DNA from: Antechinus flavipes | Taxonomy: Eukaryota | Assembly (NCBI RefSeq): GCF_016432865.1 | Contig: NC_067402.1 | Span: forward strand, 135,408,001-135,472,000 | Length of the DNA: 64,000 bases | Direction: 5' to 3' | Part shown: piece by piece, positions 26,111 through 39,700 of the stretch | Position numbering within the stretch: position 1 is the first letter of the stretch | Layout: each line of letters begins with the position of its first letter | Notes under the pieces: generated by a model | Database searches by the model: none | What the model was told of the DNA's origin: nothing | Seen by the model: the letters and a program-made list of their open reading frames with translations, nothing else | Translations under genes and position numbers: made by a program

Positions 26111-26479
26111 ATTCAGTTATGAGATTCCACATGGGGTCACAAACCACAATTTAAGAAACTGTGCATTAAACTACTTGCTATATCATTTCATCTCTCTAAA
26201 ACTGTTCTCTGAACCAACACTGGAAAACACTAAGACTGTATTTTCTTGCATTTTCTTGCTTATGGAGACAATCCTTGAATTTAGTCATAACATGAAATAA
26301 TCTTGGGTAACTTCTTTTGGGGTAATATTGGAGATAAAAGCTTGATAATTGTTACTTTGTCATAACTTTGCTTTTAGGATATTTTATATTGGAGTATAAA
26401 TTCCAGTGAGGTACTTTTGGTATTGTAAAAAACTACATTAGAACTGAATTGATTATCATTAACAACCAGTTATTAAATA

Positions 26480-29460
26480 TTTTCTAATAAAGCATACCTT
26501 TTAGAAATTAATCAACGTAATTGTTACTGGATTTTATATATTCATCATTCTCTCTTCTTTCTTTTTCTACCACCATTCTCAAATTATTTTTTTCTTTAGT
26601 GGCTCAGATACTTCCTTGAAGATCTGACCTCTTGATTTAGAGTTGTTAAAAAGGTTAGGCATTTCATTGCTAATCATGTGTATATAAAATCATCCTATTA
26701 GGGACATTAAGCATGTGACAGAATAATCATATGAAATGAATTCAATCAACTATGATGCATTTCTATTCCTTCAGGCTCTCTCTGTTATCCTCTTTCCCTA
26801 TCTTTGAAATTTCATTTTGTTTTTCTTCATTTTGTTATCTAATTCTTCTCTTCTTTCCCCATCTCAGTTAAGACCTCTCTTTTATATTCTTCTCTTTCAT
26901 CTTTTGTTCATTTTTCTTTTCATTTACCTTTTTCTAAGAAGGATTTCTTTACTTTGTTCTTATCGTTAATTCTCTACCCCTTCTATTTTCAATTTTAATT
27001 TTTGATTCCTGCTCTGAATATATATTTATTCCTTATTTAATCTCTTTTGTGTTCATCATGAAATTAAAGATTCTGAAACACTAAAGCTTCTGAACTTTCT
27101 ATTCTAATCAGTTTATATATTATTGTGTTTGTATGTTATATTTAGTTGTCCCATTTTTCTGTTGTACCTCACTCTTAAAAGTATCAATTCATAAAAGAAG
27201 TAGGGTGGAAAGAAGCAGTCCCTTATAGGAGAACACCCCTGTTCCCATGTTCATTCTTTGTCCCATTCGCTATATAATTTGCTCCTTAGTCTATATCCTC
27301 TAACTCTTCTGTTCTCCTCCAAGAGTGGCAATTAAATTCTCTTGAAGCAGAAAATTGTCACAGAGAAACAGTAATCTCTCAGAGAAAGCAGTATACCAAT
27401 TCTCCAATGGTAAAGTCCCCATCTCCTATTACAGAAGCATTTCTCTACTTGGGAGAGCTTTTCTGTGGCAACTTACCCTTTCATTTCCTCAGTTTTCTAT
27501 TTCTCCCTTCTCCAATTTCTCCAATAACTCTTCTTTTTAATGAGGGAATCTAGAAGTTACCTGCCCTTTATTGTTCTGTTGTGGATTTGTTAAAGGTACA
27601 TCAAATATTCCTTTTTCTCGTTTATGCACCGAATCACACTGGTACTGGTACTTTGACTTGTATGATGATTATAGGATTTACTCAGTGGTGTATCACCCCT
27701 GCTTCTCCACTGTCACTTAACTATTTCTTTATATTGCATTCTTCTTTATTTTTAGTATACTTTAATAAATCTCTTAATAGCTCTTTTTTTTATTATTCTA
27801 TAGGTCAGTTTTTCTCCTTGGAGAATAATTTTTTCCTCACCTATTCTTTCTTTGTTAGCTATATTTATCTTGTGTTTCTTTTGCTTGTGGTGTTTTCATA
27901 GTGAACATTCTGCTTATTTCTTGATTTTTGTTGTTTTCTTTTTGCAGACTCTTCAGTTACTTTCATTTAACATACATCTTTTTAAAAATTGATAATTATA
28001 ATGGCTCAGGTTTGTAGAGTATGTCAGAATATATTTTCAGAATGTTATTCCATTCCATTCTTAGGTTTTGGGAGTGTGTGTGTTATATTGTGGTATTATT
28101 CAAATTTCCTTTTCTTTGTGATTGAAACTTTTTCTTTTGGCTTCTTGCTGAATTTGTTGCTTGTCATTGGAATTAATAAGTTTAACCACTATATCTCTTA
28201 GAGTTGGAAGCATAGTTTTGGGTTTTTTTCTGTAAGCATCTATGAGGTGTTTTTTTTTTTTTTTTTTTTTTTTGCTGTATGTATCCTGAACTCAGAAGTT
28301 CCAGTGTTTCTTCCTAAATTATAGTATTCAAGATTAAAAAAAAAACCCAAAAAACTCAAAAGTCAAAGTGAGCAACAGATTCAGAATACAAATATACTGA
28401 GGTAAAGGATGAGCTAAAAAGATTACAAGCAAAAGACAATAATGTTAAAAGAAAAGTGATCTTTGTAAAAGCCATTGCTCTTGAAGACCGGATATAAAGA
28501 ATAACTAAAGGGTCAGAGATCTCCCCCAAAAATATGACACTTTGACTTTGGAGAAACTCACCACTGTGGATTCAAATTTTTATACTTTGTTAATTATTTA
28601 TGCTACATGATATATCTTGACCTTTGACATTTCTTAAAAATGTTTTTTAATTTCTCTTTTGAATGATTCTAAAACGTTTTTTGTAGTTCCATATTGTCTT
28701 CAGATTTCAGTGTTTTCATTACACCAGATATGGATTTACTTTCCTGCATCATATAATATTTTATTTAGAGAACTTTGTAATTTTCCCCCATGTTTTAGTA
28801 CTTATCTTTCCTTTCTAACAAATATACTCCCTATCGATTTATTTATTTGAATGCTAGGTTCTTGACTGAATTTTCTCTTGAAGTATTTGATAGTTTTAAC
28901 TTTTGTCCTTACATTTTCTTGTCACTCATTTTATGACTCATTTCCCCTCTGATTGTAGACATACTTCCTCCTTTTCCCCTCCTCAAAGTTTTTCAACCTC
29001 CTCTGAAATTGTAGAATTTATTTTTCATTAATGTTTGACTGTATCTTCAGTAAGTTTCTGATTGTACAGGAACAACTCTAATTGAATTTTAGTTCTCTTT
29101 CCTTCACTCATTCTGGTCCTATGCCCAATGCAGTCTCCACCTCCCATTGCTGCCTTTTTCTGGTTGAATTGTGTTGTTGTTGTTATTTTTTTGGTAGGAT
29201 TTGGGGTAAGGGTAATGTGAGTGTTATTAGGTTACCCAAGCAAAGAAAAAAAAAAGCACATGCCTCTCATTCCCCCCAATCCCGTTCTTCTCACATGACT
29301 GGGCTGAGTCAAAATCTCTTGCTCTTGCAATGCAGTAGTGATGGACAGGGGATAGGCTATCCTTACAGATTCTATAAAGCAAGGAAGAGTCCTCCTTTGA
29401 ATCCCAAACACAGATATGTATGTCAGTTTTTGAGCCCTAATATGGGTTGGAAGTTTGTAT
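26480..29460 (-). mobile_element. Ancient degraded L1 (ORF2 endonuclease region, ORF1, 5' part)
   Basis: T-rich strand; antisense GDF motif (~27410), cacccctgct = AGV motif (~27695), ORF1-like antisense text at 27900-28330 and 28570-29100. Confidence 0.6.
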
Positions 29461-30475
29461 AGGAGAAGTGCTCAGTAAATACTTTGAAATTTAGAGATGT
29501 TCAGTTATAATTCATAAGACTGTTCCCTTGTTAGGTTTCTTGCTCTATAGTCCTAAGGATTTAGCTGCAATTGTTCTATCTCTAGAAAATATATTTCTTC
29601 TTTTCTGTTTTTTTTTTCAGAGTGGGGGGGATAAGAAAAAATGTCTAGTTTATCATTTTGTGGTCATATGACCCATGTAGAAGGAGTAATAGTTTTTCGG
29701 TGCACCATTAAGAATACACCAATTTGTTTCTAGATCCGGTTAGGCTTAATAAAGATAACTGCTAGAGCAATTACAAGTCTAGATGGAATTTAATATATTA
29801 TGAATAGTTCACTTTGACACTCTAGATTGGAAGAGTAACACTGTTGTATCTCAGGACACAACACTATAGTGTTTCAAGCCCCAACACTCTTATGCTGAAT
29901 AACATGTCTTGAATGTGACTGTTTTGTGGAATCTGAATCAATTCATAATTGTTGTGTGTAATAATGTAAAAGAAAAGTGAAACTAAAAGGCAGCCAAATT
30001 CATATTAATTATTAAGAACAATGATCCTGAAAAAACAAATATATTTTAGTCTTTCTTGATAGAAAGTTCATAGGATCATGTGATCATGGATTTTATCTTC
30101 ATTGGACCTCAAGGAGAATCTAGTCGAGCCCCCTTATTTTATTGATGATGAAACTGAGGCTGAAGATGTTAAGTGACTTGCCCAATGTAAAACAAGGTAT
30201 AAATTTCAGAATAATAGTAGTTGAATAAATACCACTAAATGTAGTGATTTTTAAAATTCATTTTTAAAAAATAAATTTTTATTCTTTTGTGTGTGTATTA
30301 CCAGAATTTTTTTTTAATATGCTATCCCTTTCTCCTCCTACAGTGCCAGGTTATGTAACTAATATTATTTTTAAAGAGAAAGAAGAAAAGACAAAAAAAA
30401 ATTAGCAAAAATCAGTACATCAAAAAAAGAAAAAAAAAACAAACCTCTGAAAATATATGGGATGTAGCACACCAT

Positions 30476-30713
30476 GGAAGCAGCTAGGTGGTGCAGTGAA
30501 TAGAAGACTTCACTTGGAGTCTGAAACATGAAATCAAATTGAATCTTGGAAGCTTTCTGGCTGTGTGAACATGAGCAAATCACTTAACCTCTTTTTACCA
30601 CTGGAGAAAGAAACGGCAAGGCACAACATTATCTTTGCTAGGAAAACCCCAGGGATGCAGGTCCGTAGTATCATGAAGAATTGGACATGAATGAAATGAC
30701 TGAACAACAACAC
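30476..30713 (+). mobile_element. Mar1-like CORE-SINE (RTE-derived tail)
   Basis: Head gcagctaggtggtgcagtgaatagaag; tail atctttgctaggaaaacccc...gactgaacaacaac. Confidence 0.85.
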
Positions 30714-33700
30714 ATCACACTATTATTTTTCTACTTCTATAGAAAAGTAGTGTAGGGTTAGTCTGCTCACCTTGTTTGTTATCATAGTCATTTTACTGGT
30801 CAGTCTTGCTTAACTTTTTCTTTGTTCAAAGGGATGATTCAAAGACTAAGGATAATATCAAGAAATTAATTACTGGCATAGAAAAACCCCCTCAAGATTT
30901 TTTTTTTAAGTAGCACAGGAATATATCTCTATTCTGATCAACTTTTGGAGGATGGATAGAGCATGAGGTAACTAATACAAGTTAGAGTACTACATTGACT
31001 TACCAACTTCAGCTTTGTTCTGAATGATTTTTTTAGGGCTACATGCAAGTAAAACTTTGAAAATAACCAGTATTTTGTTGTCATCCTTTTATTTTTCCAT
31101 TTCAGCTGTTTTCTCCTTTCTATAACTTCTTTCTTTCATTGGCATCCATTGTTATCTTGGAAGCTCTCTCCCCAATCTTGCATAGAAATTACTTTATGTC
31201 TATTACTTCTGGGAGCTTTATAAAAGTCTAGTGACTTATTTATCTGTTATTTCTGAGATCTGCTCCCTTAGGTTTATCTTTGAACTTTGTAGGATCAGTG
31301 ATTTCTTCATCATATTGTTCTCTTTATCAATATAACTATTAACTTTTTCCTGCCTTTGCCTCCTAGATAGATTCCTTGGTCAAGGAGGTCTTATAGAAAC
31401 ATGGCTAATCCTAGTTTACAGATGACCCTAAGATTCACTCTGCTTCCCCCCTCATAGATTTTAGGATTTCTTCTAAGGACAGTTGATATATATCCCAACA
31501 TTTATCTAATAGCTAGCAACATCTTAGTTCTTTCATACTCACAAAGTACTCTTCTTATGACAAGTTGGGAACAATTCTATGATCACCAGTGTACTCCTGG
31601 AAGTGTGACCTTTTCTATATACCAATAATGTATGTGATTTGGAATTAAAACTTTGGATCTAATCTTTTAGAGGGAGCCCAGACATCTCCAAAAAACTCTT
31701 TCTTCAATCAGTATTCTTTATGGTTCATGGCATTAAAATCAGTTCAAAAGTAGATAATCAGTCAATATCTGTCAAAAGCAATTTTCTATTTTTTGATGTT
31801 GTTTTGTACTTACCATGACTAGTCATCATATTCAGCTCTCTTCTTGAATTATTTGTATTGTTTAGGCATGAGGTTTCTTAGTCTACATATTTGCCTGACA
31901 TTGTTTCCAACATAATTTTCACCATATTTTCTTTATTCGGTTTTATTGTGAAGTCACCAGGTTATCAAGTTATATATTCATTTATGTATTATTTTACATA
32001 CATTATTATATTATACATCTATCTATCTATCTATCTATGTATATTCATTTTCTATGTCTTCCTTCCCTGCATCTGTAAACTACTGTTATCATAATGGTGC
32101 TTATTCCTATTTTGAGCACTTTATTTAGAAATAGTAGTGTCTTGTTGCATGTGAGTGAATAAATAATCAAGTTTACTAATTTATATCTTTTTGAGAAGAA
32201 TTTGTTAGCTATAGCTTCTTAATGCCTTCTAGATTTTTTTGGATATCCTTATGGGTGTAGTTCAAATACTTTACTACTATCTCAACTTAATAATTGTTGG
32301 TTAAAATGGCTGAGTACCAAAACTTAAATTAATATTTTAAAATATTATCTGTAAGTATTCCAACTATTTTTTATCCTCTTTTCTACCATGTAATTTATTG
32401 CATGAGCAGATGAGGATTACATCAACTAAAGAATTTTCCATTTTTCCAATTTTGTTTCCATTTTTGTCTGTTTCTTACTTAGGCTTGGAGAAAAATCTGG
32501 TGATTAGTTTCTTGGTATTAACTTGTTTGAGTGGTATAAATACCTTTGTAACCAGCCCTTATGGGATGGTAAAATCTTCATTTTACTTGTATGGTCTTGG
32601 AGAACCAGTACCTACTTGTGATTACTTTGAGTAATTGGAGTGGAAATTCATGGAAGTCTACAAATAACAAAAGTTAAAATAATTATAAGTGTAAAAATAA
32701 TTGAATGTAAAGTAGTTACACAAATTCTTAGGAAATCAATATAGATGACCTGGGAGAGATCGGATTAGCCTACAAACCTTCTGAGTTGAATTTTTACCCC
32801 TGTATTTCTACTGCCTGACCCCTGTTCCTTGCTTGATTCTGAAGTTTGTTTAGAAGCATTGTATAGTTAGTTTGATTCCAGACAATGATAAAGAAGGAAG
32901 TAAATGAAGAGGGAGGGTGAATGAGCTTTTATATTTTTTGGTACCGATTTATAGTTTTCACACAGTGATCTGATTCTCATTGAGAAAATATACACACAAT
33001 TAAACAAGTAGATGTCTACAATATAAAATTCCCTGGAAAAAGCAAGATTGTAATGTGAATAACAACCCGAGTTGATGTAAATTGACTCAAAGTGAGGGAC
33101 TTTTTGTTACCAGTCATAGTTGTTGTTTAAAAGACTTTAAATAACTTCTTCCTGTCTTGGTTTATAAATATCTGAAGAATGCTTTCTTTTTATGTGGCTG
33201 AGCAAGTGCCATAAAGTCTTGATACTTGAACATATGGAAGCTAGAGCTATTTGAGGTATTCCAAGCAGCAGAATTAGCTTGTCTTTGTTGTGACTTTTTT
33301 TTTTTTTTTTTTTTTTGCAATGGTATGCTCTAGAGCTAATTTTTTTTTTTTCCTGGTTTCTGACCAGTGGACTTTGTTTATGTTCCTTCTTTGGCTCTGG
33401 TGTGAAAAAGATGGTCCCTTTCCATTTGATTAATAATGAACTTTATTTTTCAAAGGATTTATATTTTTTTTGGTTCAATGATACTGGTTCATTAGAAAAT
33501 TTCAATTATTATAAGTAGCACCGTGACCTCAATAACACAAATGTTTTCCTGAGCCCTGTTGCAAATGAATTCTTCATATATGCCTACCTTGAGAAACAGT
33601 GGGGACAAATTGTAAAGTGAAAGATAAGGGAGGTCTGGTTGGGACTAATTCTCCTTCATAGATGTGACCTTGGGCATGACTTTTAACCTGTCTGTGCATA

Positions 33701-34120
33701 GATTTCTTCATCTGTAAAATTGTATTTGTCATGACTTCTTTCACAAGGCTATTACATGGCTTACCAAGAAAATGGCTTTATGGGGTTCTGAGATCCATAG
33801 TAAAGGGCACTCTATAAATGCTAATTATTATTGCTTTTTCTGATAGAGCTCTCTTTTTGTTTCCCATGGTGAGGAAAAATAATAGTCCCTTAGGCTTCCT
33901 TACTATAAACTTGGAAAATTATTGTCTTCTACAAGGTTGGGAATTCTATCTGAACATCATGAGAGACTTCAAAGATATTGAGAGATCTGAGCTGCAAAGT
34001 TCTACAACTGTATCGTTTTTGTTTGTTTTTGCTTATGTAAATTATATAAATAGTGCTGAAAGCTTCAAACTTTTTATATAAATGGGGAATAGTAAGGTAC
34101 TTAGAATTTTTATTTTTATG

Positions 34121-34272
34121 TTTTTTTTTTTTTCCCCTGAGGCAATGATGGTTAAATGGCTTGCCCCAAGATCATATAGCTAGGAAGTATTAAGTGTCTG
34201 AGGTTGGATTTGAACTCAGGTCCTCCTGACTTCAGAGCTGGTATTCTATTTACTATGCCATCTAGCTGCCCC
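34121..34272 (-). mobile_element. Short marsupial SINE (WSINE1-like)
   Basis: Poly-T, then ctgaggcaat...ttgaactcaggtcctcctgacttcagagc...catctagctgcccc. Confidence 0.9.
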
Positions 34273-34349
34273 AAGTAGAATTTAGAATTTTAGAAATTAG
34301 AATTTCCATAGGGAGAGGAAGAATGGAAGAGGAAAGAAAGGAAGGAAAC

Positions 34350-34595
34350 AAGCATTTTATTAAGTGCCTACTAAATACCAGGCACTTTGCTAAACACTTC
34401 ATAAATATTATTTCATTTGATTCTCACACTAACTTTGTGAGATAGTGATATTAACTCAGTCTTATAGTTGAGGAAACTGAGACAATTATGTAAATCGTCC
34501 AGGATTACTGAATTAGTTAGTATCTAAGGCTAGATATGAACTGTCTCTTCCTGAATTCAGATCCAGAGTTTTTTCCACCCTATCATCTAGCTATG
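34350..34595 (-). mobile_element. L2 tail plus MIR fragment
   Basis: aagcattttattaagtgcctactaaataccaggcactttgctaa; cttatagttgaggaaactgagac. Confidence 0.7.
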
Positions 34596-37500
34596 GATGA
34601 GTTGTCATGAGTGGGAATTTAAAAAACTGAAATCAGTTAGGTTTCAAGTAAAAATTCCATCATGGTCCCTTGCTCAGAGTCAAGATTAATGTCAATAAAT
34701 GGATGATGATGATGATGGTGTAAAATTTCAGGTACATGTGGCTCAATAGAAAAGCATTCACTATTTCCAGAGTCAGAATCAAATTCTACTTTCCATGTGT
34801 TCACCATCATAGTGGCCATGAACAGGACAATTTACCCGGACCTGTAAATTTAGTGTCATTAGCATTTCTAAAAATCAAGGTAAAAGGAATTTCTTTAATG
34901 TCTGCCTTTTCTTGAGTGTTTCTTAAGTATTATGAGAAAGATTTTTCTTTTCTTATTCTTGTTTCCACACATGCTTCCTAATTGTGTTTTTTGAAAATAA
35001 ATATTTGAACACTGTCTCCAGACTCCTCTTCTTTTTCTTTTAATAAATAACACTAATTTAAAACACAAGAAAGAATTTGGCATTTTGTTTAACATTAAAA
35101 TAACAGGCTGACAAGTAGATGCAAGGAAATAAGGCTTCAGGGAATGAAAGAGGAGATGCAGATGTGAAGTCATCTAATTATTGAACTGATAGATATCCCC
35201 CAACAGTTAAATATTCTCTTTCTGAGGACATTTATTATGAAGGCTTCACTGGTTATTCTAGCCTTACAATGATCATAAAATTTGACCATTCACAATAATA
35301 ATAATTCACATTTATATAGGTTTTGCAAAGTATTTTTTTCACAATATCCTTCCAAGATAGTTATTTATTGCTGTTTTACAAATAAGAAAACTGATACTCA
35401 AAGGTTAAAACAATTATTCATCCAACTAGTAAGTTTTAGTAAATTACTGAATTCAAATCTAGGATTTGAATCTGGATCTCATGATTCAAGACCCACTTCC
35501 TTTCCATTATACTATATTGCCTTATAATTAGTACCAGAGAAAATAATATTAAACTATATTCTGTTGTATTTCATGTGCATTTGTTTTTTCTTCTGAACAA
35601 ACATGTAAATTTGTCAGTGAAATAGATACTGGAATGAAAGTTGAAATTCACTTAATCTGAACTTTGCAATTAGTTGGCAATTGGTCATTCTTTTTGAACC
35701 TCAGTTTCCACATTTATAAATTGTTTTTTCTAATGTCATTTTCCAGGTCTCTGTTTATTTGTTTTTCATATTTGGTAATTCTAGAGGAGAGAAACTTTGT
35801 GTTATACTTTCACTTGTCGTATAGTGTTGAGTATGTGATGCAATAATTATTGCACAAATAATAATTATTGATTTGATTAATAAATCAGTAATGAGGATCA
35901 CAAATTGATTTTTTCTTTTAACCATAAGGGTTAAGTCTTTATACTTTCTGATCAGACTTTGTGGTAGTCTGTAGATACTTTTTTTTGTTTCTGTATTTGT
36001 GGAGTTACAAGATAAGCAAACTTTTAATTAACACTAGAAAGCTGCAAAGACCCTACTAGTTTCCACACCTTGCTCCATAATTAACAGACTGCCACTGAAT
36101 TTGTTAATTTGACACTTTACATTTCCTCTCATTTGGATGAAAGGAAACTATAGCTTCACTTTCCTTTTCTTTTGAAGGCTGGTTTTATAATTGGCCATTT
36201 TTTTCAGGCTCAATGTTGTTTTATACATCCAGGAGGCTTCATAGGTAGCCATGACAGTTTTGTTGTCAACATTTTATGAAGGGACTAATATTTGTAATCT
36301 GGCCTTTGACTTATTTGTCACTCATTATTCCCCTAACTTTTAAATGGTTATGTACAAGAGAGAAAGTAATATTGAGCTTTTGAAATAGCTCCTTTCCTTT
36401 CAGCAGTGAATCAAAGCATATCCTTTGGGATTGACTTCTTTTGTTATAGGATCACAAATTGAGAGTTGGAAAGGGCCTTTGTGGTCATTGAGTGCAACTC
36501 CCTCATTTTTACAGATAATGTCCAGAGAGTTTATGTACCTTGCCCCTGCTCACCTAGCTAGTATTTGTCTGAGGGAGGATTTATATTCAGATTTTCCTTA
36601 CTCTAAGTCCACTGTTCAGTCCATTATAACATGCTCTCTTCTTTGTTCAAACTTGCTATGTTCACAGAAAGTTTTGGTGCTTCCTGCATTCAATTAAATT
36701 CTATAAACATGTAATAAATGCCTTCTAGGTGCAGTGCACTGTAGGAGGTGGCCTCAAGAAGCCTGCTTAACAGTCAGGAGAAGGTCTTTAGTTTGGTGTG
36801 GCAGTTCAGAATGGACCAGAGTTTGTGGAAAGAGGAACAGTTTTTCTAATTAGAAGCCTAGTTTTAAAGGGGAATAGTATTGCTTCCAGAAATTCCAGCA
36901 TTTCCTTTGACTACTTTATACCTTTCTCAAACATATAAAGCTGTTGAGGGAAGACCAATGTGGCAATGCTGATCAATGATGGCGTTTGGTACTTCTTATC
37001 ATCTAGTAGTAATATCCTTATTCCTTTTTATATCAGTTGCAGCTCCATCCTCTCTGAAATGTTTGATGGATCCAGGGAAAAGAAAGAGAGAATTAGTAAT
37101 CTATTTGGAAAGAATTACAGATATCATTACATTCAGAATCTTAAAAGTAGACCATGTCTGATATTTATCTATTATTTGAATGTATGAATCATAATTTTTT
37201 TTAATTAAAACATTGCTTGTGGAAGACTAACTTCACTTTGATCTAATGCAATTTGAATCTTTTTTGCACTGGCAGCTTATTTATGACTTTCCTCCCTTCC
37301 TTCCCACCCCCCCCCCCCTTTTCTTTTATTTGAAACTCATTTATTCTGGGAAACTCTGAGTAGACCTTTATTCTACCTATGTAGATCAGCAACTCTTTTG
37401 TAACTTACATTTTTAAAGAATGGTCTGGGAGACACCAAGATCACTCTTAAGTAGTGGCTTGACCACAAACACTTGGCTAATGTCAGAAGTGGGCTTAGAC

Positions 37501-37733
37501 CCAGGTGTTCTTGATATTAATTCCAGCCTTCAATCTACTGGACTAGATTTCTTCTCATACCACACGAATAGCACAAGATAGCATTAATTCCCTTTAGCTG
37601 TCAGGGGTGGAAATTAGTTTCTTCCCCATAAACTCCTGGAAAACAACCATTCATTTTATGATTCTTGTATTTACCAAAGGAACTAGGGATACCTTTATTC
37701 CCTCAGGTAATTAGTGTTTACCATGTGTTACCA

Positions 37734-37975
37734 GAGCAGGTAGGTGGAATAGTGGTTAGAGTGCCAGGCCTGAAAGTCAGGAGTCATTAAGACTCATAAA
37801 ACTTCAAATCTCACCTTAGACACTTAATACCTCTGTGACCCTGGGTAAGTTACTTAACCCTGTTGTTGAAAGATGAGCTGGAGAAGGCAGTGGCAAACCA
37901 TTTCAGTATCTTTGTCAAGAAAACCCTCAGTGGGGTCACCAAGAATTGGATTCAATGAAAACTAAATAAGAACAA
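37734..37975 (+). mobile_element. Mar1-like CORE-SINE
   Basis: Tail gagctggagaaggcagtggcaaaccatttcagtatctttgtcaagaaaaccc. Confidence 0.88.
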
Positions 37976-38104
37976 TACCTTGTTTAAAAAGCTCAAGGTA
38001 TTAGCAACAGTACCTCATCCAGTGATGACTGGGATGGGATGGGCAGAGGAGCAGAAGCTTCCCTTGTGCAGTAGTAAAGGCAAAAAAGCTTTGTATCAAA
38101 TCAT

Positions 38105-38590
38105 TCAGTAAGTACTTATTAAGCATCCACTATGTACAAATCCCTGTCTAAGACACTGGGGATATAAATATAAAAAATGAAAATCTTAAAAGACTCAAGG
38201 AGATTAGTCTATTGGTCAGAATAAATCTGTAGAGAATAAGAATAGAGAATAATAGTAGAGAATAAAAGTAGAGAATATTAAGATAGATTGACATGTTATA
38301 TGACTGACATATGACAGTTATAATAGCAGGGTAGTAAACAACTGTAAACAACAGGATCAAAGACAGCTTCAAGGAGAAAGTAGTGTCTGAATTACATTTT
38401 AAAATAAGGGTCCTATGAGAGGTGAAGAGGCAGTACATTCCAGTCATGTGGGATGGTCAATGCAAAGGCCAAGAACTGGGGGATGGAGTTCCCCATTGAG
38501 AATTGCAATTTTAACTAGAGAGTTTTGGGGAAGAGGAGTAAAGTGTAATGAGGCTGGAATGACAAGCAATTAAAAAGCTTTGAAAACTAA
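38105..38590 (-). mobile_element. L2 fragment containing a 13-bp x4 minisatellite
   Basis: aagtacttattaagcatccactatgtacaa...ctaagacactggggatata; TAGAGAATA starts at 38230, 38243, 38256 and 38269. Confidence 0.7.
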
Positions 38591-38749
38591 ATAATAGCTC
38601 AAGAATAGTAGCAGGATTCTAACTCTGTAATTCCTGCCCTTTGATCTGTATACCATGTATCATTTCCTTTTTGACTTGGTAATTTAATATAGCATCCTGA
38701 TTAAAACTCAACTTTTTCTGGTTAACATTATTTAGGGGAAACTCTATAG

Positions 38750-38966
38750 NNNNNNNNNNNNNNNNNNNNNNNNNNNNNNNNNNNNNNNNNNNNNNNNNNN
38801 NNNNNNNNNNNNNNNNNNNNNNNNNNNNNNNNNNNNNNNNNNNNNNNNNNNNNNNNNNNNNNNNNNNNNNNNNNNNNNNNNNNNNNNNNNNNNNNNNNNN
38901 NNNNNNNNNNNNNNNNNNNNNNNNNNNNNNNNNNNNNNNNNNNNNNNNNNNNNNNNNNNNNNNNNN
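38750..38966. other. Assembly gap
   Basis: Run of N. Confidence 1.
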
Positions 38967-39700
38967 AGTATTGGGTTGACTTCTGACTATTTTGCCCTGT
39001 GAATTTCATTTTTAAATTTTTTAAATCTTTATTTCTCTAATAATAAGGAGAAGCTCCTCCACCCATTGCACATCCCAGAGCCTTCTCATGATATAGATCA
39101 TGTTTCTTGGCCTCAGCTACATGATGACTTTGGTTACATTGTATTATTGGATACAAATTTCTAAATAAAGTTTTATTGAATAAATGATTAAATGAAGGAA
39201 TAAATGTTATGACTTTTCCCAGCAGAGGTCTTTATGTTTTGTTTAAATTATAATTAAAGTTAAACACATACCAGTCCTCAGTAGGTTGTTCAGGACAGTA
39301 CTTGGATAATAGATAGTACCAGGTTGCAAATTTACTAATATAAGCAATTTTAAAAATCTGTATGTTTAAGTAGTTAATAAGAATTTAACATATATTATGA
39401 ACTCACTTACTCTCTGACAGCTTCTGCTAAAATATGTAGATTTATTAAAAATGGAAATAATTAGTGTTCATTGCATAAGGAGAAAGGAACAGATATTTAA
39501 TGTAAATTAAAGGCAACTAGGTGACTAAGTGTAAAGAGTACTGGACCTGGAAGCAAGAAGACCCGAGTTCAAATCTAGCCTAACTATTGCTTTTTTTTTT
39601 TTTCAGAAGGAAATAACAAATTACTCCAGTATCTTTGCCAAGAAAACCCCACAGCCAGTATTGTAGCTACAAATTGATTAACTAGGTGTTTCACTTAATG

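Noticed and set aside
27588-27632. Plus-strand VKGT...VYAPN resembling L1 endonuclease in the opposite orientation
   Set aside because: Spacing is wrong, the interval is T-rich, and a minus-strand KG motif is present nearby; probably chance rather than a second inversion.
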